This document shows, one piece after another, positions 12,241 to 23,302 of a DNA stretch of 64,000 bases. The notes under the pieces are model-generated. The model made no database searches, was not told where the DNA came from, and saw only the letters and a program-made list of their open reading frames with translations. This stretch comes from Kondoa subrosea. Taxonomy: Eukaryota. The stretch is taken from positions 424,925 through 488,924 of the forward strand of contig BCIN01000004.1 in the NCBI GenBank assembly GCA_039545335.1, in the 5' to 3' direction. Within the stretch, counting starts at the first letter, position 1; the number at the start of each line of letters is the position of its first letter. A program made the position numbers and the translations under genes.

Positions 12241-13998
12241 TTAATTGGGAGCCATACCAAGTGCTTCTCTTCTTGAAGTAGAAGCAGGGTCAAGATAAGC
12301 TATAGCAGATGTCAGATATGACGGGTTGACTCTACGAATTGCTTACGTCTTTCACCAATCGAGCTTGCTCGGACACCGCTATATGAACAATCAGTTGGAT
12401 CGACCTAATAAACGATGATTGAGAACCCACGTTCGGACACTGTTGGGTACTAGATGAGAATCAGGTGTTGCAGCGTGGAAAGTGCTCCTTGATAATCCGT
12501 TCAGAGGAAGCAGGAGACGTCAAGAACCTCTTTTCTCACCTGTTATCCCATCTGTACCGATGTCAGCGACGATTTACTAGGAGGAGAAAGAGAGACGTAC
12601 AAAGCCATTGCATTGGGAGTCCACTTCAAGCGAGCAATACAATCATGATTACGAGTAAGCAAGCGCATCATGTATTCCCCTAAGCTCATTCATAAGCAAA
12701 AAGATGAGAGGAACTTGATCGAGGACATACGGATTTGAGAGTCTTCGTACGAAGTCACTCCATTGATTTTGGTGACGTGCAAACCAAGACCGGCGAACAT
12801 GCTCTTCCATCCAGTAACTGGATTGGTACGGATGACAGGGTGAGAAGGAGCGAAAGCATCGCCTTGGTTGTGTGGAGATCCTCGAGGAGACATGATTTCG
12901 AAATTGCCTTCAGTGGCTGCCGTCTTGAAGACAGGTTGAGCGCAAGTAGCTGTAAGAGTTTCCAGGAAAGCTCGATAAGGTGGCGACATTCGATCATATC
13001 TGAGCAAGAACATCAGCTATATCGATTATACTTGTGCAAAGAACGGACATTTCCACACCACTTGCCCAGAGAGTATCACCTCCGCTTCGAGGGACTTTGA
13101 CAAGCTTGAGCACTGAGTAATCGGCAGGGCATTCTTCGAAAGTACAACTAAGACAAAAGTTAGCAAAACTCTGCAAAAGAATTCTGCAAAGACTCACTCG
13201 CTGTGCCATTCTCTTCCGAGATCTTTGGGTTCGGTCGACTGGACTTTAGCCATTGACTTGTACATCTTCTTCTGGGCTAAGGTATGGATTTCAGCGTGAG
13301 AGGAGGTATGTCAGAGCGAAAAGCTGACCTTCACTGTTGATGACATAGACTTGATGATGGGTGTGGCCTTCGTCATCGTATCCAATGTTATCCTTCGAGC
13401 TGCAAGACAACTCAGAGACGCTCTACACTCAATCAGATTACTTGACTAACCGGAACAGAGGGTGCACGTGAAGTCCATGCTCCTGGGGCCGACCAGCAAG
13501 ACGACCAATTGCATCAGTGACTTTGAGCTGCGCCTCCATGTCTATGTTTTGATCACGTAAGAAGACTGTATCGGAGGATTATGTAAGCAGAGGAACAGGA
13601 GCAAAGTTGTAGTGCTGCTTACCGACTCCGCGCTCCGAGATGATGATAGCCAGATCTTTGAGCTTCTGTTCGTCGTCTTGAATATCGCTGAGTTGCAAAT
13701 TTGTATACTCCCGCCCAATGATCGCTATGCACAATGCTCAGCGCACAAAACGAGCTACCTGCTTAGAGGACTCACGAGAAACTTCAAAGAAGTCATCTGC
13801 AAGATCAAGCGATCAATCAGCTACTGAGCTTGGCATCTCCCGCGAAGCTCACATTCGTCAAGACTTCGGGAAATCGCAAATTCAGCAGGTCTTCCCGTCT
13901 CAAGCATAGAAATCTTACCTTCCGCTATATCTGAGTGGCTCGACCTTGAGCTTTGCAGCTCCATTGATGCCGTTAGTGTGACCGTTCAGTGCAACCAT
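12241..13998 (-). CDS. TauD-family Fe(II)/2-oxoglutarate-dependent dioxygenase (sulfonate dioxygenase, JLP1-like)
   Basis: DLAIIISERG..FLRDQNI, GLHVHPL, WHSDCTFEECPADYSVLKL (HxD), GGDTLWASG, HPVIRTNPVTGWKS, WDNR..FHAAT (third iron ligand His), YLDPASTSRREALG. Confidence 0.93.
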
Positions 13999-14383
13999 TG
14001 GAATTCTGATATGTCCTTGTTTGCAAAATTGTCTGAAGTGGTTGAAGAAAGGGCCCCTCTTGCACTCCTCGTTAATCTATTGTTGCTACGGTGTTTCCTA
14101 TAAGCCTGCGCGTAGGCCGGCTCAGCTCTTCACCGCTAGGCAATTTCTGTTCAACTCTTCTTCCATCCCCCTTGCCGGCCGCATTATCTGATCGTTGCGG
14201 GGGATACACGGCAACTCGTGCTCTCCAGGACCGCTCCTATCCGTGATTAGCAATCGATCTGCTCTTCTTGGCGTCCCACATTTACTCTCGAGGCTAAAAT
14301 CTAGAACCCATACCGAAGCATCACTTACTGCCATATTCGGCTGGAGAAGGGTCTTCAGCAACGCAGACGACGACTCTTTCAAG

Positions 14384-16742
14384 ATGCCTATCTCCAAGCC
14401 TATTGTCATAGGGTTGTATCTTGCCTTGGGAGGTTAGAAAAACGTTGTTCCATAGACAAGCTCTGTTCTCATTGTCGGCATACAGGTTTCCTTTATGGCT
14501 TTGATAGCGGTGTTCTTACTCCTACATTGGTCACTACCTACTTCAATCGTTACTTCGACAAGCCAGATGCGAACATGCGAGGAGCATTGGTTTCGGTTTA
14601 TCAAGGGTAAATTGACTTGATTTTTATGTCTGCTTCTAGGATGCTGATACTCATTCCAGAGGTGGATTCATTGGTGCAGTCATGGCAGGACCAATTGCGG
14701 ATCGCTTTGGTCGTCGCAAAACGATCTTCTTGGGCGCTTTGATGGGTATTCTGGGATCCATTGTGTGTTCAACAATTCAGCTCAAGGCTACCAGACTGAA
14801 GTTTTTCTCTTCTACTAGCTTATGACCGCTGCTGCACACATCGCCATGCTCCTTCTCGGAAGAATTATCTTGGGAGTCGCTGTTAGGTAAGCTGTCCGCT
14901 GCTAAGACAGCAAATTCTTTACTGAGTTTGATCTTCAGTATCATGACCTCTGCGTAAGCTATGTCACTCCGTGGTCGAGGGACAACACTAACACTGCGTT
15001 CGGTGTTAGCGGACCAGTTTATTGCTCGGAAGTTGGTCGCTTTCTTATTTTGTCTTGACTTGCCTAATCTGTCGCAACTCCATCTCTCAGATTGCAAGAA
15101 AGAACGAAAGAGGTCGTCTGTCTGCAGCGACTCAATTAGCTGTAGCGCTTGGTTTCTTTGTTGCCAAGTAAGTTTGAGCTATTCTCTTCAGCTTGAAAGT
15201 TCTCTTGCTGAGAAGCATGCAGCTGGACTGGCTACGGCTTTAAACGCGTTGTGGGTGACGCACAATGGCGTATTCCTTTCATGCTACAAGCAATTCCTTC
15301 CATTGCTCTTGCTTGCGGTGTATTATTCTTACCCGAGAGTCCTCGTTGGTTATGTCTGAAAGGAAGAGAAGATGAAGCTGCAGCTGTCATCCATCGGTTA
15401 CATGGCAATATTGATTCACCTGAACAATGTCAGCAAACTATCAACCAGATTAGGGACAGTGTTCGAGCGGATCTCAACAAAGATCCTGAATTACCTTGGG
15501 GCACTATCTTGAGGACTCCTTCGTTGCGCAAACGTCTTTTCTTCGGTGTTTGGGTTTGGGTCGCCAAGATTATTAGTGGTTTATCTTTCGTGCAATACTT
15601 CTCGCCTGTAGGTGTCTCCACAAGGCAGGCTTGACTTTTACTGATTTTCGATTGTTTAGTTCATCTACAAGGCTCTCAACTTCAGTCCTGATCAAGTATT
15701 ATTGGTTACCGGTATGTAAACGAGCTGTCGATCTCCGCTTTATCACTGACTTTCATTCAGGTCTCTATGGATCGCTCAGTCCCTTTTGCGTCACTGCGTC
15801 GTTCTTCTATGTTGATAGGTCAGTTCTTGCTTTTCGACTCTTGTGCCTAGAGCTTAGCAAATCCTTGTAGGCTTCCTCGTGTCTGGCTATTGATCTGGAG
15901 TTCCGCCGGATGGTTCTGCGCCTACTCGGTACTTACAGCTCTTTCTGCAACATATCCGCCTATTGCTGGAGTTACCGTCAACGCAAACGCGCAAAGAGCT
16001 TCGGTATGTCTATCTATCATCCGATTGCTCTCGAGCTAAAGAAGCAAGTGCAGGTCGCTTGCGTGTTCCTTGTCTCATTCTTCCACTCTACTGGAGCTGG
16101 ACCTATAGCATGGAGTAAGTTCATTCTGTCTTCGGCAGCGTAATCAATACTAAAGAGCTTTACAGCATGTTTGTTCTCGTCCGATACTTCTCTTGCTTAG
16201 CTCATCTGACCGTCAACTAGATCCTTCGGAAGTCTTTACCACTCAAATGAGATCTCGAGGAAACAGTGCTGCTCAAGGAGCAAAGTAAGCTTTATATTGC
16301 CTTCCAAGCCAGAGAACAAGAGTCTGATCTGCCTTCCATACAGCTACGGATTGTCTGTACTTCTCGCGCAAGTTTCCCCTCTCGCACTGGAAAAGATTGG
16401 CTGGAGGTGTAAGCCGTGCTTCCCTTCGCATTGTTCGTGATCCCTAATGGCTCATCGCAGATTACATTCTTTTCTGTATAACGAACTTCGTCTGCGCGAT
16501 TGGATTCATCTTCTTCCGTGCGTCTGACCTCAATTCCCAAAGGTCTAAACTGATGTAATTCTTCAGCTGAAACGAAAGGAAAGACGCTCGAAGAATTGGC
16601 AGATCTATTTGGCGACAGGGCCGATTCGATTGAGAGTACCTACTATGAAGACAAAGACAGATTGGACGATATCAACGCTGAGAACCTGGTAGAGACTGTC
16701 GAACAGCAGAAGCCGGGTATAAAGGTAGAAGGGAAGCTTTGA
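14384..16742 (+). CDS. MFS sugar porter (hexose/polyol/quinate transporter family), many short exons
   Basis: LGGFLYGFDSGV, IADRFGRRKTI, GRIILGV, QWRIPFMLQAIP, FLPESPRWL, GPIAWTYPSEVF..MRSRG, ETKGKTLEEL. Confidence 0.93.
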
Positions 16743-16860
16743 GCTGCGAAGGGATGATTTGGTGCTTTAGTGAATATATTGTCATATGAGTTTAACGAAG
16801 TTTCAGAGGCAAGTGACGAAAAATGGTACTGCATGTGAAGTACGAATACAAAGCGCTTCT

Positions 16861-17259
16861 TCAAGCGCGAGGACTGTTTGTTGCTGCTTCCATTGCCTCC
16901 TCAACTTCTCTTGCGGCCCGTACTGCAAGAGCCACTTGCTCTGAGCTGTCGCCCCTTTTGAACGCCTTGAAAGCAGGACGAAGGTGCTCTTCAATAAGAA
17001 CAGCATGATCTGCAGGTAGTTGTCGTCCTGGAAAATCTTTACAGAGTTGCTCTTCCACCATCTTGACAAACTCTTTATGGTAATCCAGTTCATTCTGGCG
17101 ATAAGGAGCTGCTGTCAACTTAGGCTGCAAAGGAACTCGGCGAACTGAGACCAAGCTTTTAGAGAATCCAGATGAGACCGAGAGCTGATCAGAAATTGGC
17201 CAGGTCTTGCTTCCTGGTAATCCTGGAGTCTTTGTTCTTTTCTGCTGTTGCGCGTGCAT
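16861..17259 (-). CDS. Orphan protein A (paralog of 17816-18319)
   Basis: Uninterrupted ORF. The likely start MHAQQQKR lies just downstream of a branch point and acceptor (GCTAAC...ACCAG). Aligns by eye with the neighbouring ORF. Confidence 0.65.
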   Translation of the reverse strand: MHAQQQKRTKTPGLPGSKTWPISDQLSVSSGFSKSLVSVRRVPLQPKLTAAPYRQNELDYHKEFVKMVEEQLCKDFPGRQLPADHAVLIEEHLRPAFKAFKRGDSSEQVALAVRAAREVEEAMEAATNSPRA

Positions 17260-17815
17260 GATTTGAATCAGTGCGATAATTAAGCTGGTATACAGAGATA
17301 ATGTTAGCCGTCTGATCATTGAGGTGAAAGGCTCTCAGACAGACTCGTCCGCGGTATGCAAAAGTATGCAGAGAGAAGACTTAAACTAGAATGAAGAGAA
17401 ATGAGAACGAAAACTGGACAGGAGAGAAGGAAAAAACGCTGAAATGCGAAATCAATATGGCGGTGATGTCTCGGAGTAAGTGATCTAATAACGGGAATTG
17501 GTATGCTTCGCTACGAATCGTCGTATAAGGACCTCGCAAGACCATCCAAAGATATTTGCGTTGCCGTCATACTCTGATGTCTTCCTCTTGGTGATATTAA
17601 TGGCTTTTGTCGACAAAGGGATTGATGAAGGATAAAAATAGTAAGAATGCATACCGAGACAATCAATGTCCAAAGGAGATCTTTAAGTAGAGGCACAGCA
17701 TCGAGAATGAAACTAAACTTCGGCTGAGACCTTTCTCCACATCAAGCATAGGAAGCTTGATCGACTTGAAAACAAGATAATGCATGGTATATGAACTTGG
17801 TACTACCATCAACAA

Positions 17816-18319
17816 TCAAGAATGACTGGCAGCACTGGCTGTAGCTTTAGGGTTCCAACGTTCCAGTTCGATTACTGTTTGACTGGCTAGAACTTCCTCT
17901 TCAGGGGAAAATGGAGTCGATTTTGGTTCTGGAAGAGAGCGATGCTTGCTTCGAAAAGTATGGAATGCTTGGTCAACATGCCTGCCCAGTAGAGGCTCAA
18001 TTGATGCTTTATATTCTTGAGACTTAAGCGAAGGTAGCAAGCATTTTTCTTCAGTTCTCCTTGCCTTGTTAGCCCTATTGTAAACCCGTGCGACATATTC
18101 TTGGTAGTACTTGACTTCATAGGACTTAAGTTGCTCCTCGGCCACAATCGACTCCCAAAACGTTCTTTTGACAGGACTTGCAAGCGTAGCTGAGCTAGAG
18201 GTAGCTTTTGTTAATCCTTGAGTCGCGCTACGGGATAGCTGTTGAGGTACAAAGCCGCGTTCAGATTGGATGGGCCAAGTGCTGCTGGACTTTATACCAG
18301 GAGACGTAAAATTGGTCAT
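17816..18319 (-). CDS. Orphan protein B (paralog of 16861-17259)
   Basis: 167-aa uninterrupted ORF sharing TWPI, Y..E(F/Y)V, H...AF..F and E..LA......E.E blocks with orphan A. Confidence 0.65.
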   Translation of the reverse strand: MTNFTSPGIKSSSTWPIQSERGFVPQQLSRSATQGLTKATSSSATLASPVKRTFWESIVAEEQLKSYEVKYYQEYVARVYNRANKARRTEEKCLLPSLKSQEYKASIEPLLGRHVDQAFHTFRSKHRSLPEPKSTPFSPEEEVLASQTVIELERWNPKATASAASHS

Positions 18320-18885
18320 AATGTTATATGAATGCTGATGAGGAAGAACTTAGCCCATTCCAGTATCTACCCCGTTTGGAAAAAGTACTAACAATTGATA
18401 AACGTAGAAGATGATGATGGCTGAAGGAAAAGAGGAGCGAGAACGAAGTTGATGATAGATCTAGCAAACAAAGTCGAGAAGCCCGATTCCGTCGTTCTGA
18501 TACCACAAAGGGGAAGTTGAGAGCTCTTCAGAGCGGCTTATAGTAGATAGCAACGCTCGGTGGGTTGACAAGTATTTGCACCATCCATGTATTTGAGAGC
18601 ACTTCCGCCGATCAGAATGCCCAAGGAGCAGGCTTGCTGGGGCGATACAGTACAAGTCTATTTCGAGCGTAGCGACCGCAGGCAAGCAGCTCGTAGTAGG
18701 CTTCGTCGATTCTGCTCGAGGAGTAAAGCCCTGACTGTCGCCCAGCGAATTTACGTCCCGACATAGCCTCGCACTTGTTCTAATCAATCAATGGATATCT
18801 TAAATAGAGCCTCTGGTATCGCTAGCCCTGGATATCATCTCGACGTTTCTTTCCAACCCATAAATTTGGTCAAACCGAAGCAGCG

Positions 18886-19714
18886 ATGCCATTCGAAGCC
18901 TCAGCAAGTCATTTACCAGACGGAGTACACAGCAAACAAGAATTCTGGGCTACAGCCTTGGAACAAGCTACTGGATTACTGTCTGGCGAGAAACAACATT
19001 GGGTGGGTCTCAAGCAAAAATCTAATGTAAGGTAGCGGTCATTGATGATTTTCGTACAAGGTTACAGCTCTAGCAAACGTTTCTTCTTTACTTTATCATC
19101 TTTGTTCGGATTTCGAGCTGTTTGGTACAGCGAGACAAGTGAACTGGCTTGGTCTGTCCATCGCTAGATACCTAATCTGAAAGCTGAAGATGACAGCAGG
19201 CTTTTATCTCTTACCTTCCTTCTTCTCTAAATCGGAAACGGATCGTCTTCTTCTCGGCCCTTTCTCGGGTAAGTTTTCATATCGAAGCGTCATCGAATCA
19301 GCTATGTATGGCTGCATTAGGTCGACCAGCATGTCAATCACTCAAGCTAATACCTAATACAAATGGATCTGTAGGAGTATGCGCAGCAGCTTTCAATAGC
19401 GGACAAGTGTATGTTCTCAAACTTGTCTCACCGTCCTGTTTTCTCAACGTTGGTATAGGCAACTGGTAGACGATGTTCATGCACGAAAGGGTCATATAGC
19501 TTGTGATGCTTCAACAGCTTCTGAGATTGTCTTACCGTTACGAGCGAATGGCAAGATAGTTGGTGTCTTGGATTTGGATAGTATAGGTTCGTCTCATCTA
19601 TCGCGCTACCAGTTTTATCTGATTGCATGTATAGCGAAAGGAGCTTTCGATGCTGCTGATCAGCGAGGGTTGGAAAGTATAGTGAAGCTACTGGAAGAGA
19701 GGATAGCGTGGTAA
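18886..19714 (+). CDS. GAF-domain free methionine-R-sulfoxide reductase (fRMsr/MsrC, YKL069W-like)
   Basis: Spliced translation: VTALANVSSLLY, VNWLGFYL, LLLGPFLGRPACQ, GVCAAAF, DDVHARKGHIACDASTASEIVLPL, GVLDLDS, FDAADQRGLE. Confidence 0.92.
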
Positions 19715-19908
19715 ACAGCATTCGTCGTTGTCTAGCTCCGCTGCAACAATAATAGAGCAGATAGTAGAGAATGCTGCGGTTCCGTCTATGGCCTTCCGAG
19801 CCACGAACTTCGCGCTATGTAATCAGAATTTCGGTCAATAGCAAACAGCGACCTCTTGCTCGACCTGTATTAAATCTCACTTGCACCACCTCAAGTCATA
19901 CATACATA

Positions 19909-20629
19909 ATGGCAGATATCCAACAAGTTGCAAAAGCTTTCGTGCGTCCTCGTGCAGACCCAAGAAATACAACTGAATTGCTCTCTTTTATAACGTAAAA
20001 AGGTGGACTACTACTATGCAACCTTCGACAACAATAGATCCAATCTGAGCGGCCTTTACGTGCGTTGGATCCAGATCTGCAGTCAAATTCGCTGAAATTT
20101 GGGATGAAAAATAGCGCGACCATTCAATGCTTACATGGGAGACCAAGCAACTGCAAGGAGCTGGAGCTATTGTGCAACATATGACAGCAAGTCGTCTCTC
20201 TTTTTCTTTCTTCATTTTGAAGTTGAATGAGATTTCGGTTGCAGGATCTACCATTCCAAAAAGTCGCTCATCAAGTAACGACTTTGGACGCTCAACCTTC
20301 ATCCCCTTCTTCAGCATCTATCATCGTATTAGTTACGGGTGCTCTTCTGGTGCGTGATAAGAGATGATGCTGGTTTATAGCTTCACATCTTTTTCCAATG
20401 CACAGGTTGATGACGGACCAAACACACTCAATTACTCTCAAGCTTTCCATTTGATTCCAGAGGGCGAATCATACTATGTACTCAACGATGTTTTCAGATT
20501 GGTCAGTTTTATTTCAGTTGTTTCACTTTATGTGATATTCAGCTGAATCGATTTGACAGGTCTATGTGAGTTTGGATACAGCATCTGGATGATAGTTCCT
20601 GGCTGATATTCTGAATCCCACAGGGTTGA
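19909..20629 (+). CDS. NTF2: Nuclear transport factor 2
   Basis: [79 protein letters not shown]. Includes a GC-AG intron at 20187-20244. Confidence 0.95.
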
Positions 20630-20926
20630 TCGGGGCTTTTTCGGCTTAGATGATTAGCAAGGGATACTTTGGCGGATCTGCAGCAAATATTGAGTATACC
20701 TGGCCCTCCGTTTGCTTGAGTCCTCAGCCAGCATGTTCTCTTTTATGAGCGACGCATGGCTATCAATCGTGCTGTCGCTTTGACGATCTTGCGTGGCCTA
20801 CAGTCATCCCTTTGTTATTCTGGCTGGTGTATTTCCTTGGCTTTCTCTTTCCCTCGTCGTGCTTTCTTCCTTCATCTACTATTTGCCTTGCTATATTCCT
20901 ATTCATTCAAGCTCTTCAAGAGGAAA

Positions 20927-21805
20927 ATGTCTACTCGAAATTCAGTAGGTGCTTTCTTCCTAGTGAGAAGTCGTCCGCTGATCTCAGTCTTGCATCTCGT
21001 AGCCAATCACTTTCTGGAAGAATCCTCTTATGAACTACAAATCCATCAAACAGGCTCGTCTGGATGTTAAAGACGCGGTAAGTGCTTCTTTAGCTGGTTA
21101 GAGAGAAGCCAAATCTAATTTAATCCTTTGTTCTTTTGATAGTATAGCAAAAGAGAGGATTGTATTAAGAGAATGACATTGTTGGATCAGCAGATGGCTG
21201 CTCTGCTGATTAAAGACAATCGAAGAAGAGATGCTGGGACAATGACTCCGGAAGAAACAGATTTGCTCAAAACCTGTATTGAAGAGTTTGAGAACACTGT
21301 CAAAGAGTATAGTGAGCTTCCAGGCTTCGCTGTTGATGATGCGCGTGTCCGCGTAATCGGAAATTTTGGGTCGCGCTGATATCTTTATGCGCAGAAGAGT
21401 CATCAGCAAGCTCAATTAGCCATTGCTGAAGCGTTGAAACATCACGCTCTCCAGCTTCGTTACGAACTTGGCTCGAAAGAGCATGCAGCTGCTCTTCATC
21501 TTAGTAATCGGATAGCCAAATTACATCAAATGGGGCAAACAAGTTCAGAGAAGTCAGGAGCAAGGTCAGAAGGCAGATTCTCTCTCCGTACAGCAATTAT
21601 CGAAGTCAGCAAACCTTCTCATGCCAAGCTTCCATTAGCCAGATATGGTGCTTGGATTACCCAGCCGATGGATAGATCTGGTTATATAAAAGGCCATGCA
21701 AATCCTCTGGCGTCGAATCCCGACATATCACATTTTTCAGCAAATTCTATCAAGCAAAGGCTCGAAAGCCAGGAGAGTCATCATTCTTCCAATCCTGCGC
21801 ATTGA
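20927..21805 (+). CDS. Hypothetical (orphan) protein, spliced
   Basis: Exons join in frame through canonical introns: MSTRNS|PITFWKNPLMNY...|YSKREDCIKRMTLLDQQ...|...LRYELGSKEHAAALHL... No family recognised. Confidence 0.6.
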
Positions 21806-21972
21806 TGCAGGATTCTTCGCATTGTCTCGGATTCTTGTACTTGCCTATTGGATACAGATACGTGAGCCATGTAGCATGCCTTTCACGTTCCCGCCAGTGC
21901 ACAGCACTTCTTCTCACTTCGAATCTTGCGGTTATCTCTTGACCCTCCTCCAACGTCTCGTTTATCTTCAGC

Positions 21973-23012
21973 ATGGCCTATAAGCAGAATGTTCCTACAG
22001 CCAACGCAGTGCACAATGCTCTTTCTCCTATATGTCAGCGAATGTTCGAAGCGTGCGTTATCGTAAGTCTTACGTAATCTTGGTTTTTCCCTTATCACTC
22101 CCTCGATCCTGTACATAAGAAGCTGAAACTTGGAATATCGTTCGAGAAGATCGCTGCGAAATGTGATCGTGGTGGAGCCTACATCGCTTCTGTCTTCTAT
22201 GGGGAGGTTTGTTCTTGTCGCTTATCAAACCACTTATCGCCCATCAATGAGGTATGTAGATGAAACCGGATAACGATGATATTACAAAGCTAGCGAAAGT
22301 GCTGCAGCTTAAGCCAGAGGTGCGCGGACAAAATCTCGTGTACGCCAGTCCAAAAAATTGATCAGGTGAACAAGACAATGGAGCCGAGCTTGGAGAAAGC
22401 TTCTTCTCTTATCGTAGCGCGTTGGATACTATGCCTCCTACTGATCGTGAGCTTGCCTACCTCTTTTGGTGATGCAAGCTGATTTGAGAGTCAGCTACGA
22501 TATATCGATTGTACGAAGTCATTTTGGTTCATGGTCAAAGTCTAAAGTCTATTATACATGAGAAGGTAAGCTCTTTGATCTCGATACTCCTTTTACTTAG
22601 CTGATTTGGCTCTCGCAATAGTTCGGGTAAGCTTCCTTAGCTCGAGCATCAGGCATAATGAAATTCCATGCTATTGCGCGCCAGTGATGGTATGGTGGTC
22701 AGTCTACTTATCGCACACAAAAGACCTGGACTAATCTGGCGACTAGTCTGCTATCAACTTCAAGATCGATGTTGTACGATGTGACTGTACATCTTTGCCC
22801 TGTGCTGAACGACTGACTGCGCCCAGAAAAAGACAAACGAGAACAATGAGGATCGTGTCAATATAAGTGCGCTATCATATTGAGGCGATTGTGTCGCTAC
22901 TACTTAGCTGAACTTGTTAAACTAGACTTGAACGGGTACGACCTGATCTGAACTTCTGCTTGATGAGTTCGATAGCTCTGCGCAGCAAATAATTGCCTAC
23001 ACTAGGTTCTAG
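21973..23012 (+). pseudogene. cyn1: Cyanate hydratase (cyanase), apparently disrupted
   Basis: Exons give KLGISFEKIAAKCDR..YIASVFYG, MPPTDPTIYRLYEVILVHG..KSIIHEKFGDGMVSAINFKIDV..DRVNINLNG. There is an apparent frameshift near 22380. The terminal exon reads AAA TAA TTG CCT AC ACT AGG TTC TAG instead of a KWLPY-type ending. Confidence 0.75.
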
Positions 23013-23302
23013 GCGAGTTGCAACATGCGCATGTCGAGACAGTCTGAGCATGACTTGATGTCGCGCTTTGCGAAGTCCGGAACTCCGTAAAGGAACATTT
23101 TAGACTTGTAATAGCTCCAATATCAGTGTGAAGAGAGCTACTATGTTATATTTCGGTTAATCACCCGATACTCGATGCAATGAGAAGGGCGAGAGTGAGT
23201 CTTCTTGAAATAGCGACCCGTCAAGCTGCTCCTTGTAGCGGCTGCAGTCAGTCGCAGTCTATCACCCTGCGCGCTCTACTTGCCTCGTACGGCGTGAAGT
23301 AA

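Noticed and set aside
14197..14346. Three SYGGRG (CreA/Mig1-like) sites in the TauD/sugar-porter intergenic region
   Set aside because: The motif is short and degenerate, so this count is close to chance expectation. Not reported as a regulatory feature.
17260..17319. Apparent signal peptide (MIRRLTLSLYTSLIIALIQI) on orphan A, suggesting a secreted effector
   Set aside because: The segment contains a branch point and acceptor (GCTAAC...ACCAG), so it is probably intron or 5' UTR. The paralog has an in-frame stop at the equivalent position.
20927..23012. Cyanase-carbonic anhydrase gene cluster
   Set aside because: No carbonic anhydrase motifs are visible in the flanking genes. The upstream neighbour is an orphan.
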